A stretch of 64,000 nt of DNA from a virus (Duplodnaviria > Caudoviricetes), in IMG/VR virus record IMGVR_UViG_3300044305_003112, positions 1 through 64,000 of that record; one strand, given 5' to 3'. A model generated the notes under the pieces. It saw only the letters and a program-made list of their open reading frames with translations. It was not told the origin of the DNA and did no database searches. Made by a program: the position numbers and the translations under genes. Shown piece after piece: positions 29,109 through 37,528 of this stretch. The stretch's first letter is position 1; each line of letters opens with the position of its first letter.

Positions 29109-29969
29109 ATGCGTGTAAAACATTCAAAGTTCAAAAATACAGGTCTTTTATTTGAGCTTTTAGTAAGAAAGATTACGTCTGATACTTTAAATGGTAAAGA
29201 TTCACCAGCAGTAAATATTTTAAAAAAATATTTTGTTAATACTGAATTAGGTAAAGAATATAAACTATATGAAACAGTATTTAAAAAATCCGTGGTTGTA
29301 ACTGAAAGTAAAGCAAATATTGTATTAAATACAGTATTAGAAACATCAAGAAAATTAAATAGAAGTTCTTTAAAAAGAGAAAAATATAATATAATTAGAG
29401 AATTAAGGGAAAAATACAATATAGAGGATTTATTTAAGATGAATATAAGTAATTATAAACCTTTAGCAGCTCTATATACATTATTTGAAATTTACAACTC
29501 ACAAGATATAACAGACCCAAATCAAATAGTAGATAATAAAGTAACTCTTTTAGAACATTTAACATCTAAAGAAGTTAACAAATCAGAAGTTAAACACGAT
29601 ATTATAGAAGAATTTAAATCATATGATAAAGATTTAAGAATTCTTACTTACAGAGTATTATTAGAAAAATTTAATGATAAATATTCTGACTTAAATAAGT
29701 CCCAAAAATCAATTTTAAGAGAATTTATTAATAATGTAGATAATACTAATAAATTAAAAGAATTTTATAATAATAAAATAATTGAATTAAAAAGGAATAT
29801 TTTATTAGAAACTAAAAAAGTAAAAGATAGAGCTACAAAAATAAAATTATTAGAAGTTAACAAATACATTGTTGAAATTGATAAAAGAAAAAAAATCAAT
29901 AATAATAATTTAGTAGATTTATTACAATATTATAGTCTTTTTGAAGAATTACAAAAGTCAAATGGGTAA
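29109..29969 (+). CDS. Hypothetical head-assembly-region protein
   Basis: 286-aa helical protein between portal and protease, with a late promoter. Confidence 0.55.
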   Translation: MRVKHSKFKNTGLLFELLVRKITSDTLNGKDSPAVNILKKYFVNTELGKEYKLYETVFKKSVVVTESKANIVLNTVLETSRKLNRSSLKREKYNIIRELREKYNIEDLFKMNISNYKPLAALYTLFEIYNSQDITDPNQIVDNKVTLLEHLTSKEVNKSEVKHDIIEEFKSYDKDLRILTYRVLLEKFNDKYSDLNKSQKSILREFINNVDNTNKLKEFYNNKIIELKRNILLETKKVKDRATKIKLLEVNKYIVEIDKRKKINNNNLVDLLQYYSLFEELQKSNG

Positions 29970-31242
29970 ATTTAAATTTAAATTAAAAGAAGCCGAACCA
30001 GGAGATGAAATAATTTTCATTGAACCTAGACCTGAAGCCGAAAGAGGTGTTGATGATGAACCTGGAGGTAAAATAATTTATGTTGATGATGAAAGAGTTC
30101 CTAAAGAATTATTATTAAAAATCCAAGAAAAATATGGTCCAATTCCTAAAGGAAGTTATTTCACAGATAATTTTTCAATGTATTGGGAAAAATACGAACC
30201 AGATTATGGGGGTGAAGTAAATACAGGAACTAGATTAGTAACTAAACAATACAGATTACCTAATATTAATAATGTATTTAAATCATTTGTAAAACTTAAT
30301 AATGAAATTGAATGGTTAGAAAAAAATGAAGATATTAAAAAAGATGAGAGACTAACTGAAATTTTACAACAAATAAGAAAAGCATTTAACGCTTATCGTA
30401 CCCATATCAGGAAAGAATACCCAGAATTATATAAAGGTTTAAGGAATATAAGTGAAGATGAAATAGAAGAAATTTCAACAACAGGAGGAGGTGCAGGGGC
30501 AGCTTCATTTACACCTGGTACCGGGGGACAATATGCAACCCCAAATGCTTTTAGAAAAAATAAAAAGGCAAAAGGTACTGATGATGATATATTAACTAAA
30601 AAATTTGGTTATAAGTTAGCAGAAAATAAAAAAGAAGAAGAAAAAGATTCTAAAGATAAAGAAACCAAAGATTCTAAAGATTCCAAAGATAAAGAAGAAA
30701 AAAACGAAAAAAGAGAAAAACTTTTAAAACAAAAAGAAGAAATTGAAAAATTACTTAAAAAAGATCCAAAAGATTTAGATGATAAAGAAATAAAAAGTTT
30801 TGATGACATGTATAAAGCAGCCCCATCATATGAAGAACTAGGACAGTTTTGGGAAAGTTTAAATGAAGGAGTAGGAGCTATATTAGGACCAGGCCCTAAA
30901 GCAGGTCCTGATGGGGTAAAAGATAATTACTATGTAAGTAATTTTAAATATAAATTAGTTCCAAAAAAAATTAAAGGATCTGGAATATATAATGATGGGA
31001 GTGTAAAGCAATTATGGGAGGATGAAGATAATGATTCCAAAAAAAACTTTCAAAAAACAAGAATAGACGCATTTAATTCAATTGAGAAAGATCTTAACCA
31101 TATTTATAAGGCGATATCGAATGCTAAAAATGAGACAATAAAACATTATAAAAATAATCCTGATTCATATAAAGTTTTAAAACCAACAGATTTAATTAGT
31201 GATTATTTAAAAGATATAAAAAATTTAATAGGACAAGAATGA
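29941..31242 (+). CDS. Putative prohead core/internal protein; likely start 29962
   Basis: LKE, IEE, LAE, LNE and LWE sites; contains a segment resembling the mature capsid N-terminus. Confidence 0.55.
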   Translation: MKNYKSQMGKFKFKLKEAEPGDEIIFIEPRPEAERGVDDEPGGKIIYVDDERVPKELLLKIQEKYGPIPKGSYFTDNFSMYWEKYEPDYGGEVNTGTRLVTKQYRLPNINNVFKSFVKLNNEIEWLEKNEDIKKDERLTEILQQIRKAFNAYRTHIRKEYPELYKGLRNISEDEIEEISTTGGGAGAASFTPGTGGQYATPNAFRKNKKAKGTDDDILTKKFGYKLAENKKEEEKDSKDKETKDSKDSKDKEEKNEKREKLLKQKEEIEKLLKKDPKDLDDKEIKSFDDMYKAAPSYEELGQFWESLNEGVGAILGPGPKAGPDGVKDNYYVSNFKYKLVPKKIKGSGIYNDGSVKQLWEDEDNDSKKNFQKTRIDAFNSIEKDLNHIYKAISNAKNETIKHYKNNPDSYKVLKPTDLISDYLKDIKNLIGQE

Positions 31243-31835
31243 AATCATTACAAGAACAATACAACCAAATAAAAAAAGGTAAAGGCCATAAAGATGTTTT
31301 TTTGAAAGAAGCAAAACGTCTTTTTCCTAATATGATAAGTAATCTAAATACTTTTGATCAAGCAACAACTATTTTAAAACAACGTAATGTTATACAAGAA
31401 AACATTGCAGGATTAGGTATAGTAACTGATGCTAAATCAAATTCTCCTGATTGGCATAAAATTTTTGAAGATAATCTTAATAAAAATAATTATGATTACA
31501 CAGATCAAAAAGCAATAGATAATCAAAATTGGGCAGAAAGAGAAAAAGGTGTATATTTTGAAATGGAAAAAGTAAGAGATCTTATAACTGATCAAAATAT
31601 AGGAGATTTATTAGCAAAAGCAAAAAACACAGTTACTAAAAATTTAGCAAAAGATCCCTTATATTACATAAAAAATGCAGCATTTTCAGTAGATAAATTA
31701 GGATATTCAGCTGATAGACCTGGATTAAAACCTACACAAATAAAAGGAAAACATGTTGGTAGTGGTTATGGTAATCCTTCAAAGTCAAAAATCAAACCAG
31801 GAGAACCTGGAACCGGATATACACCTGTTAAATAA
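31239..31835 (+). CDS. Hypothetical head-region protein
   Basis: 198 aa; LQE, LKE and IQE sites; directly upstream of the protease. Confidence 0.5.
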   Translation: MKSLQEQYNQIKKGKGHKDVFLKEAKRLFPNMISNLNTFDQATTILKQRNVIQENIAGLGIVTDAKSNSPDWHKIFEDNLNKNNYDYTDQKAIDNQNWAEREKGVYFEMEKVRDLITDQNIGDLLAKAKNTVTKNLAKDPLYYIKNAAFSVDKLGYSADRPGLKPTQIKGKHVGSGYGNPSKSKIKPGEPGTGYTPVK

Positions 31836-31838
31836 GAT

Positions 31839-32444
31839 ATGAAAAAAATTTTAATAGAAACATTACCATTTGTACCTTCTAAAATTTCATTAACAGAAGG
31901 TAAAAAATCAGAAAGAGGAAATCCTATAGTTGAGGGTATTTTAGCTACTTGTGAAGTTAAAAATGGAAATGGAAGATATTATTCAAAAGATCTTTGGCAA
32001 AGAGAAATGGATAAATATCAAGAAGTAATAAATGATAATAGAGCAGTAGGAGAATTAGATCATCCTGAATCATCTGTTGTTAATTTAAAAAATGTTTCAC
32101 ATAACATTACTGATACTTGGTGGGATGGAGACAATGTAATGGGTAAAATAGAAATACTTCCTACTCCATCAGGTAATATTTTAAAATCACTTATTGATAG
32201 TGGTATAACAGTGGGTGTTTCTTCAAGAGGAATGGGTTCATTAAAACCAATGGGGGAAGTTCAAGAAGTACAAGATGATTTTGAATTATTATGTTGGGAT
32301 TTTGTTTCAACTCCTTCAAACCCAGGTTCATATATGCAATTAGTAAAAGAAGGTCTTGATTTTTCTTCAAAAAACCAATATGAAAAATTAAATTCTATTA
32401 TTTATGAAATCCTTTGCTCAAAAGGAAGTTGTCCAATTTCATAA
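31839..32444 (+). CDS. Prohead protease (T4 gp21-like)
   Basis: NGNGRYYS, GELDHPE (catalytic His), VGVSSRGMGS (catalytic Ser), WDFVSTPS. Confidence 0.93.
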   Translation: MKKILIETLPFVPSKISLTEGKKSERGNPIVEGILATCEVKNGNGRYYSKDLWQREMDKYQEVINDNRAVGELDHPESSVVNLKNVSHNITDTWWDGDNVMGKIEILPTPSGNILKSLIDSGITVGVSSRGMGSLKPMGEVQEVQDDFELLCWDFVSTPSNPGSYMQLVKEGLDFSSKNQYEKLNSIIYEILCSKGSCPIS

Positions 32445-32461
32445 TTTGTAATAATCCTCAT

Positions 32462-32471
32462 ATACGTATAA
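32462..32471 (+). promoter_or_regulatory. Late-promoter-like variant ATACGTATAA
   Basis: Upstream of the scaffold/capsid operon. Confidence 0.5.
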
Positions 32472-32569
32472 TCGTAAATATGTTATTTTCTGATATAACA
32501 TTAATTTAAGTATTAATTCCGATTACGTTTTCTAATAAGCGTACTTTCCAAACAAAAATTTTAGGAAAA

Positions 32570-34051
32570 ATGAATAGAGATTTTTTAAAAGAGGCTATTG
32601 CCGACGCTAAAGCTGTAAAGGAATCAGCTATCGCGAATGCTAAAGCTGCTTTGGAGGAATCATTTACACCACATCTGAAAAACATGTTATCTATGAAATT
32701 ACAAGAAATGGATAAAGAAGATGATGTCAAAGAAATGATGTCAAAATCATATGAAGAAGATGATGTAAATGAAGCCAAAGAAGAAGAAGAAGCAAAAAAA
32801 GCTAAAAATGAAGCTAAAATGTCAAATCCAGTAATGAGAAAAGGTTTAAAGGGAGACGATCCTGCAGAACTTGAAACCGAAAAAGATCGTTTAAAAAAGG
32901 AAGACATGAATTTAGATGAAATTTTAGCAGAATTAGAATCTGACACAGTCAATGAAGACGCTAGAACAGATGCTGAAGAAGAAGGATACAAAGATGGTAT
33001 CAAAGACGCTAAAGCAGATATTAAAAAAGCTGTCGACGATGTTAAATTACAAGAAGACGAACGTACAGACGCTGAAGAAGAGGGATATGAAGATGGGATG
33101 AAAGATGAAAAAGAAGACCTTGAAGGTGATGTAGGTGAGGAAGAAGTAATAGATATCGAAGATATGACTGATGAAGATTTAAAAGGATTTATCGAAGACG
33201 TTATTGAAGACATGGTTACTGCTGGTGAATTAGAAGCTGGTGGTGATACTGTTGAAATGTCCGATGAAGAAGAAGAAGTTGACGTAGACGTAGATGTTGA
33301 TGTTGATACTGAAGAAACAGAAGAAACAGAAACTGAAGTTGAAGTCACTGAAGAAATGAAAAGTAAAGAAGAAGTTAAAGAAATAGTTGGAGTAGCTGCT
33401 GGTTTTGCAGGTTTATTTGCTGCCGCAGGCGGTATGGCTGCACTACAAATGGCTATGGAAAACCCAGAAACTGCTGCTAAATATCCAAAAGTTTCGGCTT
33501 TATTGGATATATTAAGTGATGTAGGTGCAGAAGCATCTAAAGCAAAATTTTCAGAAGCAACAGGAGAAGAAGTAGCTTCCGAAGAACACTTAAGTGCAAT
33601 TGAGGATAAGCTTGGCGGTATATTTGAAAACGCTAGAACAGATGCTGAAGAAGAAGGATACAAAGATGGTATGAAAGACGCTAAAGCAGATATGAAAGAA
33701 GCTTATTCAACAATTAAAACATTAAAAAGTGAACTTAATGAAATTAACTTACTGAATGCTAAATTGTTGTATACCAATAAGATTTTTAAATCAAAAACAT
33801 TAAATGAGAATCAAAAGGTTAAAGTATTAACTGCTTTTGACAAAGCTGAAACTGTAAAAGAAGCAAAATTAGTTTATGAAACTTTACAAGATGGATTAAA
33901 AGCTAAATTAAAAGCTAAAGGTTCAATCAAAGAAAGTAGAATAGGCAGAGCTTCAAAAACTCTTCATGCTCCTAAAAAAGCAAATAAAAAACCTATCGTT
34001 GAATCAAATCAAATGGTTGATAGATTTAAAAAACTAGCAGGAATAATTTAA
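32570..34051 (+). CDS. Prohead scaffold/core protein (gp22-like)
   Basis: Highly acidic coiled coil between protease and capsid; C-terminal LNEINLLNAKLLY...RFKKLAGI. Confidence 0.8.
   Translation: MNRDFLKEAIADAKAVKESAIANAKAALEESFTPHLKNMLSMKLQEMDKEDDVKEMMSKSYEEDDVNEAKEEEEAKKAKNEAKMSNPVMRKGLKGDDPAELETEKDRLKKEDMNLDEILAELESDTVNEDARTDAEEEGYKDGIKDAKADIKKAVDDVKLQEDERTDAEEEGYEDGMKDEKEDLEGDVGEEEVIDIEDMTDEDLKGFIEDVIEDMVTAGELEAGGDTVEMSDEEEEVDVDVDVDVDTEETEETETEVEVTEEMKSKEEVKEIVGVAAGFAGLFAAAGGMAALQMAMENPETAAKYPKVSALLDILSDVGAEASKAKFSEATGEEVASEEHLSAIEDKLGGIFENARTDAEEEGYKDGMKDAKADMKEAYSTIKTLKSELNEINLLNAKLLYTNKIFKSKTLNENQKVKVLTAFDKAETVKEAKLVYETLQDGLKAKLKAKGSIKESRIGRASKTLHAPKKANKKPIVESNQMVDRFKKLAGII
32959..33021 (+). 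repeat. 63-nt direct repeat, copy 1 (copy 2 at 33631..33693, degenerate copy near 33060)
   Basis: 62/63 identical; encodes ARTDAEEEGYKDG(I/M)KDAKAD. Confidence 0.9.
33631..33693 (+). repeat. 63-nt direct repeat, copy 2
   Basis: Matches 32959..33021 with one mismatch. Confidence 0.9.
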
Positions 34052-34084
34052 CAATAATTTTATAATTTTAAAAACCGATTAGAC

Positions 34085-35755
34085 ATGAGTCAATTAAATC
34101 AATTATTAGAAAGCGCTAATCCGTATAAATCACTACAAAGTGATGCGGCTAGATTAGCAAACAAGTGGGCTAAGACAGGCTTACTTGAAGGCTTGGATAA
34201 TGAAACATCGAAAAATAATATGTCGATGTTATTAGAAAACCAAGCAAAACAATTGGTGACGGAAGCTTCTAATACTGGAGGAGGATCAGGTGCTGGTACA
34301 TTTACTGCTGGTACAGGTGCTCAATGGGCAGGTGTTGCTTTACCATTGGTAAGAAAAGTATTTGGACAAATCGCAGCGAAGGAATTCGTTTCGGTTCAAC
34401 CAATGAACTTACCTTCTGGTCTAGTATTTTACCTAGACTTCCAGTATGGAACTAACCACTCACCATTTACAAGCGGAAATTCACTTTATGGTGATACTTC
34501 AGCAAACTTTGGAAATACTAACACAGGTGGTCTTTATGGAGCTGGTAGATTTAACTATTCTACAAACCAAACAAGCTCTATACAAGTAGCAGCTGCAAGT
34601 GTATATTCAGCTTCATGGTCAGACTTAAATTTTGATGGACAGTATTCAGCTTCAGCTGTTGCTGATGAATTTGACATAGTTCAATTCCCAGTCGCTAATT
34701 TAACTAGCTATGATGAAGAAGCAGTTAGAGCATTCCAATTATTTTCACAATCAGGTGATGGTAATACAAATATTACAGCTTACCCACAATTTACAAGAAT
34801 TAGTGGTACTAACTTACTATTTGTTATAACATCATCTCATGCTACAACAGAAACAGGCGGAAACGCTACATTAGCTTGTAATGTTTCTTACTCTTTAGCA
34901 CCAACTATGGCAGATATTGGTGATTTTGAAGAAGGTAACACTAATTTAAATGGTGATAATAATCCAATTACTATCCCTCAAATTAATGTTCAGTTGAGAA
35001 GTGAAGCAATTGTTGCTAAAACTAAAAAGTTAAAAGCTGTTTGGACTCCTGAGTTCGCTCAAGATTTAAATGCTTACCATTCATTAGATGCAGAAGCTGA
35101 ATTAACTTCTATTATGAGTGAGTATATTTCATTAGAAATAGACTTAGAAATTTTAGATATGTTGATTGAATCAGCAGCTGCTGGAACAGAAATATGGTCA
35201 GCTAAAAATAATAGAGCGATCACAGCAGGTGGTACAACAGATGCACAACATATATCAGCTAATGGTGTATTCTCTGATCTTGGATTCTATAATTCACAAG
35301 GACAATGGTTCCAAACTTTAGGAACTAAAATCCAAAAGTTGAGTAATATTATTCATCAGAAAACACTTAGAGGTGGTGCTAATTTCTTAGTATGTTCTCC
35401 ATCAGTAGGTACAATCTTAGAATCAATTCCAGGATTTGCTGCTAATACAGATGGTGATGCTGCTAAAATGAATTATGCATTTGGTGTGCAAAAAGTTGGA
35501 CAATTAAATGGTAGATATCAAGTTTACAAGAACCCATATATGACTGAAAACCAAATTTTACTTGGATTCAGAGGTTCTCAATTCTTGGAAGCAGGTGCAG
35601 TATTCTCACCTTACGTACCATTAATTATGACTCCAATGGTGTACGATCCAAATACTTTCGTACCAAGAAAAGGTCTATTAACTCGTTATGCGAAGAAAAT
35701 GCTAAGACCTGAATTCTACGGTATAATTAAAGTAGCTGATTTAGATACTATATAA
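34085..35755 (+). CDS. Major capsid protein (T4 gp23-like)
   Basis: LLENQ, VSVQPMNLPSGLVFYLDF, KLKAVWTPEFAQDLNAYH, YVPL...TRYA motifs. Strong terminator downstream. Confidence 0.95.
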   Translation: MSQLNQLLESANPYKSLQSDAARLANKWAKTGLLEGLDNETSKNNMSMLLENQAKQLVTEASNTGGGSGAGTFTAGTGAQWAGVALPLVRKVFGQIAAKEFVSVQPMNLPSGLVFYLDFQYGTNHSPFTSGNSLYGDTSANFGNTNTGGLYGAGRFNYSTNQTSSIQVAAASVYSASWSDLNFDGQYSASAVADEFDIVQFPVANLTSYDEEAVRAFQLFSQSGDGNTNITAYPQFTRISGTNLLFVITSSHATTETGGNATLACNVSYSLAPTMADIGDFEEGNTNLNGDNNPITIPQINVQLRSEAIVAKTKKLKAVWTPEFAQDLNAYHSLDAEAELTSIMSEYISLEIDLEILDMLIESAAAGTEIWSAKNNRAITAGGTTDAQHISANGVFSDLGFYNSQGQWFQTLGTKIQKLSNIIHQKTLRGGANFLVCSPSVGTILESIPGFAANTDGDAAKMNYAFGVQKVGQLNGRYQVYKNPYMTENQILLGFRGSQFLEAGAVFSPYVPLIMTPMVYDPNTFVPRKGLLTRYAKKMLRPEFYGIIKVADLDTI

Positions 35756-35785
35756 TTTTTATTAATTAGTATTTAGTCTTTTAAG

Positions 35786-35813
35786 AGCCCCGCAATAGCG
35801 GGGCTTTTTTTTT
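35786..35813 (+). terminator. Rho-independent terminator after the major capsid gene
   Basis: AGCCCCGC-AATA-GCGGGGCT followed by a T tract. Confidence 0.9.
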
Positions 35814-35844
35814 ACTTAACTTGTATATTTAGTAGGTAGTTAGT

Positions 35845-35854
35845 ATATGTATAA
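35845..35854 (+). promoter_or_regulatory. Late-promoter-like variant ATATGTATAA
   Basis: Upstream of the amidinotransferase gene. Confidence 0.5.
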
Positions 35855-35875
35855 GCATAATATAAAAGTTAAAAT

Positions 35876-36793
35876 ATGAAAGAGACACCTTCTCAGTTGC
35901 CTTTTCCAAGTTTTGTTATGAATTTTCCGTTTTCGTTTTCCACAGAAAATCCAAATAACATATGGATGCAAGAAATGTCCTCTGAAGAATTAGAAGTAAA
36001 CAGAGGAAAAGCTTACAAACAATTTATGGACTTATACAATTTTGTATCAGGTGCAGGATTTGTATGTAATTTACCAAGCCATGGTAATAAATTTCAAGAT
36101 TTAGTATATGTTGCTAATATGGGGATTTATCTACCACATATAAAAGATAGTAATAATATTATTATGTCTAATTTTACTTCCCCTCCTAGACAGGGTGAAG
36201 AATTAGTAGGAAAACCATTTTTTGAATTAATGAATTATAATACTTATGATTGTCCTTATAAATTTGAAGGAGAAGCTGATTTAAAGTATTTATATGGTAA
36301 TAATTTTATAGGAGGATATGGCATAAGATCAGAAAAAGAAGCTTTTGAATGGATGGAAGAAAAATTTAATATGAATATTATTAAATTAGAAATGGTAGAT
36401 GAATATCTTTATCATTTAGATTGTAATATTTTTCCATTAACAAAAGAAAAAACATTAGTATGCCCTGAATTTCACCTCCCAGAAGAAATTAAAGAAATAG
36501 AAAAATATACTGAAATAGTAGAAGTAAGTTCTAATGCGGTTTATAATGGAATTTGCAATTCAGCACGTGTAGGAAATATGATTTTATGTGCTTCAAATAT
36601 ATCTGAATTATCTATAAATGATGAAACATATGACGCTGAAAAACATAAAATACACGCGTTAGAAAAAATATGTTACAATGAAGGATTAGAACCTATTATA
36701 TTTAATATATCAGAGTTTATGAAATCAGGTGCAATGTTATCTTGTATGATTATGCATTTGAATTATGTTGATTATGAAAGAAGTTTATTATAA
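35876..36793 (+). CDS. Amidinotransferase/pentein superfamily enzyme (DDAH/ADI-like)
   Basis: QDLVYVAN, GEAD, YHLDC and SGAMLSCM give the Asp/His/Cys catalytic pattern of penteins. Confidence 0.8.
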   Translation: MKETPSQLPFPSFVMNFPFSFSTENPNNIWMQEMSSEELEVNRGKAYKQFMDLYNFVSGAGFVCNLPSHGNKFQDLVYVANMGIYLPHIKDSNNIIMSNFTSPPRQGEELVGKPFFELMNYNTYDCPYKFEGEADLKYLYGNNFIGGYGIRSEKEAFEWMEEKFNMNIIKLEMVDEYLYHLDCNIFPLTKEKTLVCPEFHLPEEIKEIEKYTEIVEVSSNAVYNGICNSARVGNMILCASNISELSINDETYDAEKHKIHALEKICYNEGLEPIIFNISEFMKSGAMLSCMIMHLNYVDYERSLL

Positions 36794-37528
36794 ATGGCAC
36801 AAAAATTAGAAGACTGGTTAAATACAGAAGTTGAAGAGTTATCAAAATTACCTGTTGGTGATTTATCAAATACATTCTTTTTTAGGGACCCTATGCGTCC
36901 TAATTATATAGATTATAAACATTTTTACTCACCAGCAGATGGAGTAATTTTATATCAAAAAATAATAGAAGATGTAAACGATCCTGTTGTTGAAATTAAA
37001 GGAAGAAATTATACTTTACCAGATGTAATGGGTGATAAAAACTATAATAAACCTTCTTTAGTTATAGGAATTTTTATGACATTTTATGATGTTCATATAA
37101 ATAGAATACCATATCCTGGAGTTTTAAATTTTAAACCTTTAGATCCTATTGAGTCTGTAAATAAACCTATGTTAGCTGTTGAAAAAGATATTTTAGAAAT
37201 GGCTATAAACCCAAATAGTATGGGTTATTTACATTATAATCAAAGGATGTGGAATAAAATATATTGTCCTAGTATAAATTATACTTATTATTTAATACAA
37301 ATAGCAGATGAAGATGTAAATGTAATAGCTCCTTTTGTAAATCATCAATATGAAATGATGGAACAAAATTCAAGATTTTCTCTTATACGATGGGGTTCAC
37401 AAGTAGATTTAGTATTACCATTAGATGAGAGATTTAATTTTGAATTATTGTTAGAAAATGAAATGCATGTAAATGCAGGTTTAGACAAGTTAATCAAAAT
37501 AAATTTCACAAATAATGACAAAATCTAA
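36794..37528 (+). CDS. psd: Phosphatidylserine decarboxylase-like pyruvoyl proenzyme
   Basis: SPADG, IFMTFYDVHINRIP and WGSQVDLVLP (GS autocleavage site). No obvious membrane anchor. Confidence 0.8.
   Translation: MAQKLEDWLNTEVEELSKLPVGDLSNTFFFRDPMRPNYIDYKHFYSPADGVILYQKIIEDVNDPVVEIKGRNYTLPDVMGDKNYNKPSLVIGIFMTFYDVHINRIPYPGVLNFKPLDPIESVNKPMLAVEKDILEMAINPNSMGYLHYNQRMWNKIYCPSINYTYYLIQIADEDVNVIAPFVNHQYEMMEQNSRFSLIRWGSQVDLVLPLDERFNFELLLENEMHVNAGLDKLIKINFTNNDKI

Noticed and set aside
30630-30720. KDSKDK repeats as a distinct element
   Set aside because: Low-complexity charged linker within a coding region; no further structure.
32506-33663. 385-aa reverse-strand ORF
   Set aside because: Antisense shadow of the acidic scaffold gene. 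Its Ser/Phe-rich sequence is the mirror of GAA/GAT codons, and it has no promoter or recognisable motif.
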